A stretch of 64,000 nucleotides of DNA from Auanema rhodensis (lineage: Eukaryota; Animalia; Nematoda). The position numbers and the translations under genes are program-made. The stretch spans positions 14,756,001-14,820,000 of the forward strand of contig OZ059895.1 in NCBI GenBank assembly GCA_964057225.1, given 5' to 3'. This document shows, piece after piece, positions 28,565 to 41,000 of the stretch. The notes under the pieces are model-generated. The model worked only from the letters and a program-made list of their open reading frames with translations, searched no databases and was not told the DNA's origin. How positions within the stretch are numbered: the stretch's first letter is position 1; the number at the start of each line of letters is the position of its first letter.

Positions 28565-30304
28565 TTATGGTGTGACGGCTTTTGTTACAAACTCCATTAA
28601 TCGACGGGCATACTATAAATGGAAAAAATTATTGAAGAAAATACTATAATAAACATACCTGTTCTGGTTTTACTGTACTAATGTTTTCGGCCTCTGAGCC
28701 GTATTTTACTGTTTTGGCAGCTGTTGCGGTTCTCTTTTTAACTCCATAATAGGTTAAAATGTCGACGAGACCAATAAAGTATATCAAGCTTCTATCACTG
28801 TCTGAAACAATATAAGATTGTTATGTATGTTGTTTAGATTTGCTTTCCCACCTGGATGGGTAGCGATAGCATAAAATTCATCATCCAACTCAGGGCCCCC
28901 ACTAAGTGGGGGGAATGCTCCAATGGAAGGCAAAGGTGAATCAGGTGGAGTAGGAGCTAGCTCATCAGCTGACTCTTCACTAACATGCTCGGCAGGACGA
29001 TTAGCAGCTTCAACAATAGCTCTCTCGCAGTCATGAATACCTGTCATAGAAAAATTTCTGCGATGAGTTGAAAAGCATTATTAAACACTAACCTAGAAGA
29101 AGAGAGTAGTCCATAAGATGTAACTTTGAGAGGAAAGCTGTGTCCGAAGCCAACATTTCCAGCAGCTGTTTACGTGCTTCCTAATACAAAACCGTGTACA
29201 ACACTTGGTGGATATGTAACACGAACCTCTGGCAGATGAAGCTTCAAGTTTTGCTCCAGGAAATCATTATCTTTCAACGTGGGGAGATCCTTGGTTTTTT
29301 CTTTATCGGAAGCAGCACGAGATACAGTGGAACCCTAAGTAACAATGATTCATTGAAAAATTAAAACATAAAAATGGCAAGCAAACCTTGAGGTCAAATT
29401 TCGTATGTATATTATATTTACGTCCAAAGACATTGCGCATTACAATAAGGTAAGTTTCAGTACCATCAATAGTTAGCCTAAATATTGAAATTTCTTGAAA
29501 ACGGGTACATATTTTCCATTTCATACCTATATAATCCAAGATATTGGGGAAGTAATGTTTTGCCCTGTGTCTCAACTACATACTCATGATAGTCTTTTAA
29601 AACAGAATGAAGTTCGGCCACAGCATCAGAGTCCATAGACTATATAACCAATGTGAGAAAATCAATAACAAAAATAAAAAGTAATACCTTAATCACAAAT
29701 TTCTTATCGAATGAGACAAAAAAACGTGGAGTTCCACCGGTTTTACCATCAAGTGGATCCGGTTCAGGCTCATAACTAAGAAACAAACAAAAATAAAATG
29801 AAAAACAACACAAACTCACAAAGTTAGTGATCTCAAGTATTCCTGTTGATCAACCGAAAACTGCTCTCGGAGATTACGGAAAACATTAGGACAATACTCT
29901 TTGACCTACGAAATAAAAAATAAAAGAAAAAAATTATAAAATGAATAATACCTTATAGTGGCTTGGCATAATATCCTTATTGAAATAATGGTTATCAACC
30001 TTTACTTTAGCATAAGCCTCAAATCAATGAAATAAACAATATGAAAAACAATAAAGATAAACCTTGAAGTCATCAGGCATCAACAATCCCGGAGGAGCAA
30101 CATGCATAAGTTGGTCAATAGAATGATTTACTCCCCACATAAAAACAGAAAGTAGAGGTTCCTATACAAATAACAATTTTAATGATCGTAAAAAGATCAA
30201 GTAGTACAAACCTTAGCTCTAAATAACTTCCATTTCGGCACAAGTACTTTACCTTTTCCCTTGATTTTTCCCAGAGAACGGGGAGTCTTTTTCTTGGACG
30301 ACAT
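28565..30304 (-). CDS. ppk-2: Phosphatidylinositol 5-phosphate 4-kinase (type II PIPK)
   Basis: MSSKKKT...[21 protein letters not shown]...[22 protein letters not shown]...[14 protein letters not shown]...DKKFVIK...KFDLKGSTVSR...LPTLKDNDF...[11 protein letters not shown]...[13 protein letters not shown]...[12 protein letters not shown]; GT-AG introns. Confidence 0.93.
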
Positions 30305-30806
30305 GTTCGATGCCTGTCTAACAAATTGAACAATTGAAAAAAAGTAAAATATATAAAATTATTTTAAGAAACAGATGTTGGTCAAGCTTAGCAGTTTATC
30401 AAATGATTAAAAATATTATCTTTCCGCGTGACAAGCACTAATATAAGAAGCATCGAATGGAACGGCTATGGCTGTTGGCGCAAGGTATTGACTGCCAAGC
30501 AACACAACTGGTGCCATTGGCCTGATTGGCGTAAACTCAGTGTTGGCGTTTATTTTGTTTTTCAAAAATGGAAATGGTTATTTTTTTTTCTTTCTTCTGA
30601 AATTCCTCTCGCAAGAAAAATTTAATTTTAAAAGTTCAGCGGGGAAGATGACACTAAAGTTCTCTCTTTCTCAATTGTTGCACAATCTGATGTTCATCTG
30701 ATATAAGCTAGCTTTTTCAAATTTCAATGATGCAACTGAAATTATTACACTCTCAAATCATTCTACTCGAGAAGTTTTATTCGAATTCGTTACAGGGTAT
30801 ATCAAA
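30305..30806. promoter_or_regulatory. Probable bidirectional promoter between ppk-2 and dars-1
   Basis: Head-to-head genes ~500 bp apart; cluster of TTGGC(G)/GCCAA motifs at ~30474-30548. Confidence 0.6.
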
Positions 30807-32907
30807 ATGGCTGATGTTCAACCAGAAGAAGAGAAGAAGCTCTCCAAGAAAGAGCTTAACAAGCTAGCTAAGCAAGCCAAGATTGCTGAGCTTAAAGCCA
30901 AGGTTTGATAAGATTTTAGATAACAAAAAAGATATAAATTTTAGAATCAAGCTAACGCTGAGCAGAAGAAAGAGTCAACTGATGAAGAAGATGTTTCCGT
31001 CGGAATGTATGGAAGCTATGGTTTGATTCAATCTTCCGACAAGAAGGATATTGAGTTTCTTAACGTGAGCCAAATCAGCGATAAGCTCGACGGACAAGAA
31101 GTGAGTTACACAAAAAGTTTGAAAAACAATAATATTGAAAATAGATCTGGGTAAGAGGAAGAATTCATGCCATCCGTTCCAAGGGAAAAACATGTTTCAT
31201 CGTTCTTCGCCAACGTGTCTACACCGCCCAGGTTTAAATTTCATAGTTTACCGATTTTTAACTCTGATTTAGGTTTCACTGTTTGTTGGAGAAAAATTAA
31301 GTAAACAGATGCTCAAGTTTGTTGCTGGAATTTCCAAGGTAAGTTTAGTATTTATGACAATTTCAAGACCTGTTTTTATAGGAATCTATTGTTGATATTC
31401 AAGGAAAGGTCGTAAGAGTTGATGCCGAAATTGCGTCATGCACCCAGAAAACAGCTGAGGTTCTTGCTAGCCAAGTATTCGTAGTATCTGCTTCCGAACC
31501 ACGTCTTCCTCTTCAAATCGAAGATGCTTCCCGTAAAGCTGATGATGAAAGTGGATTGGCTGCTGTTAACTTAGATACTAGACTCGATAACAGGTTTTTG
31601 ACAGAGGATTGAAATTTAACTTATTTTTTCGAATTTCTAGAGTTCTTGATCTGCGTACACCTACTACTCAGGGTATTTTCGCCATTCAATCCGGTATTTG
31701 CCGTTTGTTCAGAAATATTTTGACTGAGCGTGGGTTCACTGAAATTCATACCCCCAAGATTATCTCTGCTGCTTCCGAAGGAGGTGCTAATGTCTTCGAG
31801 GTATATATCATATTAGAATCCTGAAATATTAATCTATCCCAGGTTTCTTACTTCAAAGGTTCCGCATATCTTGCTCAATCCCCTCAGCTTTATAAGCAGA
31901 TGGCTATTGCTGGAGACTTCGAAAAGGTATATAAAATGTATTTAACTATTTTTAATTTATTTTTTTAGGTATTCACTGTTGGAGGTGTTTTCCGTGCCGA
32001 GGATTCTAATACTCACCGTCACATGACTGAGTTCGTTGGACTTGATCTTGAAATGGCATTCAACTTCCATTATCACGAAGTCCTTGAGACCATCGGAGCT
32101 GTCCTCATTAATGTGTTCAAGGGACTTCAGGTTGGATTAGGCGATACAAAGCTGTTAATCCCTGATTTCTTAGGAACAATATGTCGACGAAATTGCCGCT
32201 GTCAACCAACAATACCCAGCCGAGCCATTCCAATTCTGTGAACCTGCTCTTGTTCTGAAGTTTATAGTGTATTTGAGGATCAGTTCCTAAATTCTGATTT
32301 TAGGTATCCTGAAGCTGTTGCTCTCCTCCGACAAAACGGAGTTGAAATGGGAGACGAAGAAGACCTTTCAACTGCCAATGAGAAATTCCTCGGAAAGCTC
32401 GTTAAGGTACTGCGTTAATTCAGTTTTTAATAATCACTTCTCTCTGTTATAGGATAAATACAAGACTGACTTCTTCATTCTTGACAAGTTCCCTCTTGTT
32501 GTTCGTCCATTCTACACTATGCCAGATCCTCATGATTCTAAATATTCCAATAGTTACGATATGTTCATGAGAGGTTTAAAAGATTGTTCTCTTGATTCAC
32601 GCAAAGAATCTAATTTTAGGAGAAGAGATCCTCTCTGGAGCTCAACGTATCCACGACCCTAACTTGCTTATCGAGAGGGCAAAGCACCATGCTGTCGAGC
32701 TTGAAAAGGTTCAATCCTACATCGATTCATTCAAATACGGTTGTCCTCCTCATGCCGGAGGTGGAATCGGTAAGTCTTTAGCTTTAGCTATGTCAAACAT
32801 GCCAATTATTTCCAGGACTCGAGCGTGTCACTATGCTTTTCCTTGGTCTGCACAACATTCGACTATCCTCTATGTTCCCCCGCGACCCCCGCCGTTTGAC
32901 TCCATAA
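30807..32907 (+). CDS. dars-1: Aspartyl-tRNA synthetase, cytoplasmic
   Basis: [20 protein letters not shown]...DTRLDNRVLDLRT...[31 protein letters not shown]...[20 protein letters not shown]...[13 protein letters not shown]...[36 protein letters not shown]. Confidence 0.97.
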
Positions 32908-33619
32908 TTGGCCTCATTCTAAAAGCTCTAAAGTTTCTCTGAATACCGCCTGTTGCCTTTATTAGAAAAAAGAAACTATTTATTTAATTTTTTTTCTTGT
33001 TTTTCTTGGGTTTTCATTGTTTCTGTGACACATTGTTGAAATTACCAATAAAGTCTTCATATTCCATTGATTTTATTTTCTTATCAGCTCACTCAATGAT
33101 TTCTTTCGCGTCGCTAAACCAAGACTGTTCGATCTATACTGCTCTCCATGCCACACGTCTGCATGAGGTTGTCTGTGTCCTTTCTTCTAGCTTTTCGATT
33201 GAAATTCTCAGTTTTCTCAGTACGAGACAAATTTGCTTGTTGATAATGTAACCAACATCAAAGCGAGCTAACACGTACTTCCTCTCTCTCTCTCTCAATT
33301 ACTCAAAGTCATTTATGCTTCGATTTTTCTTCGTGTTGCAGCTTAGACAATCATTATACAACATATAACATATAATTATTTATTAATTTTCCTTTTGAAT
33401 CTCTCCATAATCGTATTTTAACTTCAAAATATTCAAATTCATATTGATTATATTCCTATTAATAGTTCTTATCTGCAGCATAAAACCATTTGCGTCGTCT
33501 AATGATCTCATGATGTAAAATTTTAAAATTTCCGGTTATTCTCGGTTGACTTAATCGCTGAGCTCTGTAGCTTATTCTCTTCTTGTAGTTTTCACTAAAG
33601 ACTTCTTTCATTTAAGGAA

Positions 33620-33925
33620 ATGCCAAAGCAGATTCTTGAATTGGTTGACTACCTTTCACCACTCGCTGTTGGTGGCGTGTTCATGCTCACTCTGATCGTG
33701 CTCTCAATCTTCTGCTTGAATTGGTGCTTCATTCAACAGACTGATGATATTACAGCTCTAGAGAGGGTTTGTTTTTAACCTCTTTTTTTCTCCAATAAGT
33801 AAATATCAATAACCATGTTGCAGTGGGGCTATGAACACAAAGTCGGTATGAAATTGGGAGTTCACAACAAGGCCTTCATCCAGAAGTCTGTCACCAGCCA
33901 AGGAAGAATCTCCGCCGATAATTAA
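33620..33925 (+). CDS. nlp-36: NLP-36-like small single-pass membrane protein, 82 aa, 2 exons (33620-33766, 33824-33925)
   Basis: MPKQILELVDYLSPLAVGGVFMLTLIVLSIFCLNWCFIQQTDDITALER|WGYEHKVGMKLGVH...; resembles recalled C. elegans NLP-36 (LELADYL...DDVTALERWGY..MKLGPH), with the same dars-1/bre-3 neighbourhood. Absent from the ORF track because both exons are <60 aa. Confidence 0.82.
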
Positions 33926-35020
33926 ATAACAAATCAATATTTAAATGTTATAAAATTCAAAATATAGTCTATAGAATGATTGTAAACATTATTAAATCTT
34001 TATTATAAAATCTGCATCACTTTATACAAATAAAAGAGGGATCGATGCCAGAAAAGTCATGAGCATGCAAAAATGATTTTTGAGAAAAAAGAACCTTTTG
34101 TTCATTGCTCAAATCGCACAAAAGGTTTGCAAAAGAAAATGAAGTACATATTGAGATCAAAAAGAAGTGTTGCCTGATGAAAAGCTTTTCTACAAACTCA
34201 AATCATTAGATATAACTTATTTAGAATTTCGAAAACAGTCAAATCTATAATAAGAGTTGAAACTTCTCTGGGGTCCAGTGTTTTTGAATCTCCAATTCTA
34301 ATATCAAAAAAGAACATTTGAGCCAGCAATAATATGAAGGTGTTCGACAACGATACGAAAGCAATCGTTCACCACAACTAAGTGGAGAAAAAATAAACAC
34401 TCTATCTGATGTAGAAAATGACAAAGACGTACTAAATTTTTAAAAAAATATGAAAAAAAAAGAGAAGAAACCAGTAACCAAGCGTTATAAGGTATCTGAA
34501 CCAGCCAAACTAATTTAAGACAACAGCGATAGGATATATTACATATAGTATAAGGTAGTCACAGTTATTGGCATAAATCACAGAAACATGGAAGGCTATA
34601 TGATTGGGAAAGATTAGATCGACTTTTACCTACAAATGCTGAAAGATCTTACCAAACATAAACAACGTTTGGAAACTCTACATGGATAACTAAAATAACT
34701 CAAAATTTGGGCTAAAAATCTGAATTTGAGTTGAAGGGTTGATACGTATCGGGAATATCACAGGAGAAATTAACCGGCACAGTTGACACTCGGTGAGGAT
34801 AGCAAAAATTAGTGTTCCAGAGCTGAAGGGATAGTACCCATATCTTATCCAAAACTAGGTGCTTGGAGCACCAAAAAATGAAATACTGTACCTACGAAAC
34901 TTGTGTCCTGAGATCGAACAATCATAAACAACAAGGTGAACAATGAACGCTAGCGGGAGAAGTTCAACCTAATCAGAGCTGATCCCAGTACTACCATCAT
35001 TATCATCATCATAATCAGCG

Positions 35021-38000
35021 TTAAACAGTTTGAATATGCATGTCCTTGTTAACAATATAAAATTGATCTTTACGGCCAAACATTCCAACTAGGACTGCAG
35101 CATTTTCGATTATTATGTTGAATGGAATAGTCAGAAGTGCTCCTGCTAGATATATCAGAAGCTTCCAAGAACTGTTTCTAAAAATACAAAATTAGAAAAT
35201 CATGAAACGGTGGAATGTACTATACCGATATTTATGTGAAAAAGATTTTATAACTCCAAAGATGTACATATACAAATTGACAGCCCCAACAAAAGCTAGA
35301 GCAAAATCAAAAGGTAAGCACCTAGGAAGGGGAAATATAGGGCATATGAACACCTGAAACACGAGTTATAGAAAACATTAGCTGAATTAATTATGTTATC
35401 AGTTAAAATATTGAAAAATTCTACAAATTTCCTATCACATACCTGCAATGACGTGATCGGCATTGTAGCCCAAGCATATAATGATAAAGCAAGCAAGGCC
35501 TAGAAATGTTCTGATTTCAGAAATATTTCGACTGTAGCTTTTACCTTATGAGCTATGGCAATTTTTGTAGAATGTACTGTTAATAGAATACCTTGTAACC
35601 ATCTTTTCCTTTGTTGCAGAAAATCCCACATAGTGAACGGGCTTTTCTCGTGCATTTCCCCTGTAATAACAAAAAAATTGTAAAAGTATAGCTTCTCTGA
35701 CCACATGATCAATACATATTTGTATTTTTTATTTTTTGGACAAATAACAAGTGTTAAAAGAACTGGTAGCACAAACAAGAGATTTAATAGTTCACTTGTC
35801 TATCAGGTATAGTTATCTATGAAACCTCCAAATATTTTCGCGGTCTCCACCTTCTCTTCTCATTCAAACACTCTCTCATAATAGTCTATGGCCGAGCCCG
35901 CAAATCACAACGTGCAAATAGGGTAATTCCCCCATTTTAACAGGAATTACAATATTTTCAAAATATATTCGAGTGAGACAACTACAGTGAGCTTTGATCG
36001 AGTTCATAGTCTCCAATTTTAAAAATGATATGGATCACAAACTAGATAGCCCACAATTCTCGACTAAAGGAATATGCAATATGTAGGAGAAATTAAAGAA
36101 AATGAAAATCATTCAAAATTTGTGCACAAACCTTCAATGAAATCGAATGAATAGCCATGAGACATGGCAATCATTGAAAAGAAACAATCTTCTGCTATAG
36201 ATCCCTCCATACCATGATCATAAGAAACTCGTCGTTCAGCTGCTACCTGAAGTTCTCAATTTTTAGTACATGTATCATAGAAGCCATAGTTATAGCTATA
36301 TCTATTCAATCTTATTAAAACAAACCTGGGTAACGACAAATGATCCTTTCCATCCAAACAAAGGCTTATGAAACAGTTTGAACTGCAATCGCAGTTTACC
36401 CATATCATCAGCAACTCTGAGAAAGAAAAATACTCAGTATGGCTATATCATATAAGATGATAACCTGAATGAATCTGATAAAGTTGTTAACCAGTTTACA
36501 ATTTCGCCATTCGCATAAGTAATAAGACCTTGTCCAAATTGATGTTTTCCTTCAACACAGAAATTTAAAATTCCGCAAATCTGAAAAAAGACTGTATGAT
36601 ATTGGAGAAACAGAGTGAGAACACATACAGAGTTGGTCGTTAGCAATGTTTCTTCGTCCAAATGAACTATCCAGTCATTATCCTAAATATGTAAATATAA
36701 ATTTGAAAAAGAAAGCAAAATCCTACATGAAGACTATTCACGTCATCTTCCAAGCAATACTGTAATGCCCTTGCCTTAAACTTGGCACCAGTTTTCGTTC
36801 GATATGAGCTTGGTACTACAACTTCTCGCATTCGTGGTTGTGGAGGTAAGTTTATTGGCCTATCAGTGACAACCTAATATAGCAGCATTGATGTAAACTA
36901 CAGATATGATAGAAACTCACTTCAAACATAAAATTTTCAATTCCAGCATCATAGCAAGCTTTCATGTTTATAGCAATATTTTCCTAAAATGATTATTAAT
37001 ATTAAAAGAAACAACCAAAAGAATTTAAAATTTTTTTGGAAATGAATATGCAAGTTCAAACAAATTATTTTTCCGAACTCGTTCATAAATTTCTCGAGTT
37101 TCCAAGGAGATACAAACCGAAAAAAACTAAATTATGAAAAATCCTTCACAAATTCTGAGAATGAATAAGGACTTGAAACTCAGCAAAAATTCTGGAGGAG
37201 TTCAAACTAAATCGCGCGACTCTTGAACTCGTCTCCCTCATTTTTTCACATAAGAAAAAAATAATTAATTCATTTAAGGACAAAAGATCAAACAAGACTC
37301 AATAAATGCTTTTAAATGAGAAATGGAGAATTCTTAAATGAAGCATTAGATTGAAGAGTAGTTATTTACCTTAACCAAAAGTGGGAAATCTCCTTTTGTC
37401 ACAACTCGGAAACATATAAAAGGGGAAAGTAGTGGAGCTGCTTTAAGTGGAACCTGTAATTACATCAAAAATAATTTAGAAAAAACTTATAATTAAACTT
37501 ACTTTCTCCTTAAAAGCGTTGAACAAAACAAGTCCTAACAAGTTGCATAAACATTGAGGTAAAACTAATAATGCTGTAAATCGAAGAGCATATAAGAATA
37601 TGGTCCAGATGTAACCGTATCTGAAATTTTAAAAACGTATACTCCAAGGCTTCATAAATCTTTATGGCAAATAGTGAGCTACTCCATCTGCTACTTATTA
37701 AGTTTTTATTCTTCTGACAGTGAAGTCATGAAATTTCAGTGAAGAGCTAGTGTCATACACACTCGCCAGAATGGTTCTACAACAGTCGTTTCAAATCATT
37801 CAAAAACAAGTACATGAGTTTCGAAAAAAAATTTTAAAGAGAGGGGAATGGCAAATATAAATAAATGTAAAACAGATGAACGAGTTGTGCCTTGTTCAAT
37901 AAGTAGAACAAGCAATTTTGAAAAAAAACTTACTGTTCTATGGCACTAGATGGTTTACTGTCCTCACTATCAAATACTCGGCAGATGTATGCAAATCCCA

Positions 38001-38055
38001 GAATCCAAAAAAGCAAGACTGCACAATGAACCGCATGCTTGGTCTCACAGTTCAT
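35021..38055 (-). CDS. bre-3: Beta-1,4-mannosyltransferase (egghead orthologue)
   Basis: MNCETKHAVHCAVL...LRFTALLVLPQCLCNL...KAAPLLSPFICFRVVTKG...AKFKARALQYCLEDD..WIVHLDEET...RVADDMGKLR...GSIAEDCFF...GEMHEKSPFTMWDFLQQRKRWLQG...MFGRKDQFYIVNKD..IQTV*. Confidence 0.96.
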
Positions 38056-41000
38056 TACCTCTAGGCCTGAAACAAAGATGAAATAAGAAACGTCCAAAAA
38101 GGTCAAGTAATGCATTAAACAAGATGACAGCTATGAAAATGAAGAAGAAAAAGAGCAAAGATCTTGGGCGAGGCGGAAGAAAAGTGATGATCCACACCCA
38201 TACACAGAACAACGACAGAGTAGTCGACCTTTAAGGCAATATGGCAACACGAGTAAGTCAAGAAGGACAGCTGATATGGCTGAAGAGAGCTAGGCACGTT
38301 GGTTGCGTGCAGTTGCGCGAAACGAACGTAGATAATTCATTTAGAATCTGTTGCCATGAAAAGCTTCCTTTATCTGTTTTAGCAGACATCCTCTGGCAAT
38401 TATTTGCACCCAGTTTAGAATGGAGAACGACATAACCAGCGACGCATAGACGTAGAGGGGCCAGTAGCAATATACATGGAAAAAGATGGATGAGTCATAT
38501 AAACGGATATGGTACACATATCAAAGGATGAACTACGTTGCATAAAATAAAAATGACGGCAAATAGGTTGATCACTGAGTTTTCAAGAGAGAATAGGATA
38601 CATCCGCATACATGTAACGTAAGAGTTCATTATGAGAGACAGCTGTTATTAAGAAAAATGCTGACTGATATTGTTCTAAATGAGCATGCTAGAATGTCAA
38701 AAACTTATCAGAGAAATAAGAGTATGAATGTACATTGTAATACGAGAAAAGCAATTCAAAAGACAAAGCGATCAAGATGGCAGCAATATAGGAAAGTGGG
38801 TGGACAAAAAAAGAATATAAAAAAGAATTGTTGAAAGCATCGGAAATGAGTAGAAAAATGAGAAGATGTTGTAAAAAAGCATGGGCTTTCAGAGCTTAGC
38901 ACATCGACTAGTGTGCTAGGAGACATTAGGCAATAATTCATTTTTCTATTGTTAAATGACGAGAAATTTGTGTGAATATCCAAAGTACATTAGCAAAAGA
39001 AAAGAAATCAGAACAACATTCTATACCAGGTAATCATATGGCTGTGATTCATGCGTAAAACATATTAAAAAATATTTTACCGAGAAATGCTGGGACTTAG
39101 GCAAAGATTACACCTACGAACAAGAGTTTGATCGCTACATGTGCTGGAGGGGGGGAGGGGTAAGGTGATCGAATAGGAGTTGCTATTACTAAGTAAATGC
39201 AGCAAGCATATGGTTGAAAACGGTGTTAATATCGTGTCATGAATAAATATAACCAAGTGACCAATGATGTATTGAAATTGTTTTTTTTTTTCAAAAAACT
39301 ATCTGATGCAGAGGGTGGATGAATAGAATATTGCCGAACACAAACTAACAATATTGAACTAAAAGAGTGATAAGAGATCGGAAAAGTCTAGTACTCAGGT
39401 CATAGTTTCTACTTGATGGTCAACCGCTCTGATTACTGAAGATGTCAAAAGGATGTGAATGTTCAGACAAAACTGGTATATCAAGCTGCAGTTTGCAAAG
39501 CGTCAATGCATGTATGTGGGACGGACCTTTGTCTACATCTCTCCCAACCCTAGTCTCTCCAATTTTCTATCCTTCTCTTACAAAGACCAACGGCGTTGGT
39601 AGTGGTTCTATGGCGCTGACTAAGGCAGCTTCGAGACCTATTTCCTGTTCATTTTTTGCTTGTGCTCATAGCTCGTAAGATATGTACGTTTGAAGTACGC
39701 TTAGCATTGCCAGCCTCATTGCATCCAGAAGTATCCATCCGCAAAATTCACTATCTGTCCATGCAGCATAAGTAGCAAGAATACTAAGCATAAGATATTC
39801 AGTAAACTTTCGAATAGTTCAATATAAAATACGGATTAAGCGACTAACAAAAAGATATTCCGAAATCAATCAATAAAATTTAAGGATCAAACTAAATTGA
39901 ATAATGAAGTAGGAACTCCGGTTGAGAGACGTTAACCCAGTTACAATTAAGATCTTCAATATTAGTCAACAAGAGATTGATCAATAATTTAAAAATATCT
40001 AAAACTCTATCTATGACTCAATTTCAAAAAGATTTATAATGATATTCCAACTTTTGCATTGCTAAGAATTCATTAAACGAAAGTAATAGCTGGTGAATCA
40101 ATTATTTCTTGACACATCTCTTTGCAGTCTCAACCCATCGCTGATTGGCGAAAATGATGATTCCGAAAATTCAGAAAAGCAATCTGAATTAAGATGAAAA
40201 ACTCTTATTACCAGGCAATGAAAACATTGTTATATTTCCCGCAAAAATGAAACATTCAGTTTCATGAACACTTCATATTGTACATGGAAAGTTAACAAAA
40301 ATAAATGAAAAAGAATTACTAATGTGGTTTCTCCAGTTTTAAAAATGTGAATGCATATCAAGGGAGAGGCACGGCAAAAGGCGAAAAAAGAGTTCAATTT
40401 TCACTTTTTAAACTGAGAGAAAGGTATGATATAAACAAACTGGAAAAAAACAAAGCGAACAGAAGATCGAGAAACAAATTATAGGAAGCTATAAAAACAA
40501 AAGGCAAGAACACATGCGATGAAAAAAAGAATATGGTCAACGGACGATGTAATAGGTTGGCATTAGGGAGTATAGACAAGTTGAAGACGCAAAATGGCAA
40601 CTACGATGTGAAAAGCGAAACGGAAAAGTAATTAAAGATCGCAGCAGGAAAAGAGGAAGAAGATGTATCACACAGATATCAAATCTAAAGGATGCACTTA
40701 AACACAAGAAGGTCTATTTGATATACAAGAAACATATGGAGACTCGACGAGGTTTCCGAGTGACAAGTGGTAGGGAGAGCTCAACTCTCACTATCCTCAA
40801 ATTTCACACGAATCAAGCTATTGACCATGTTTAGATATAATACACTTTTACAAAGTTTAAAAAAATCAAATCCCTTACATAGTTACCACATTTTTTTCCC
40901 GCCTTTATTTCAAACCACTTCTTATTTTGAATATGCTAAATATATGAGAGCGGTTGGTTTTCTTTTAAACTAGAAAGATTGGTCTTAATTATTTTCAATT

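Noticed and set aside
39931-39951. TTAACCCAGTTAC match to the SL2 leader
   Set aside because: Lacks the GGTTT 5' end, AG|GT donor and Sm site of an SL RNA gene.
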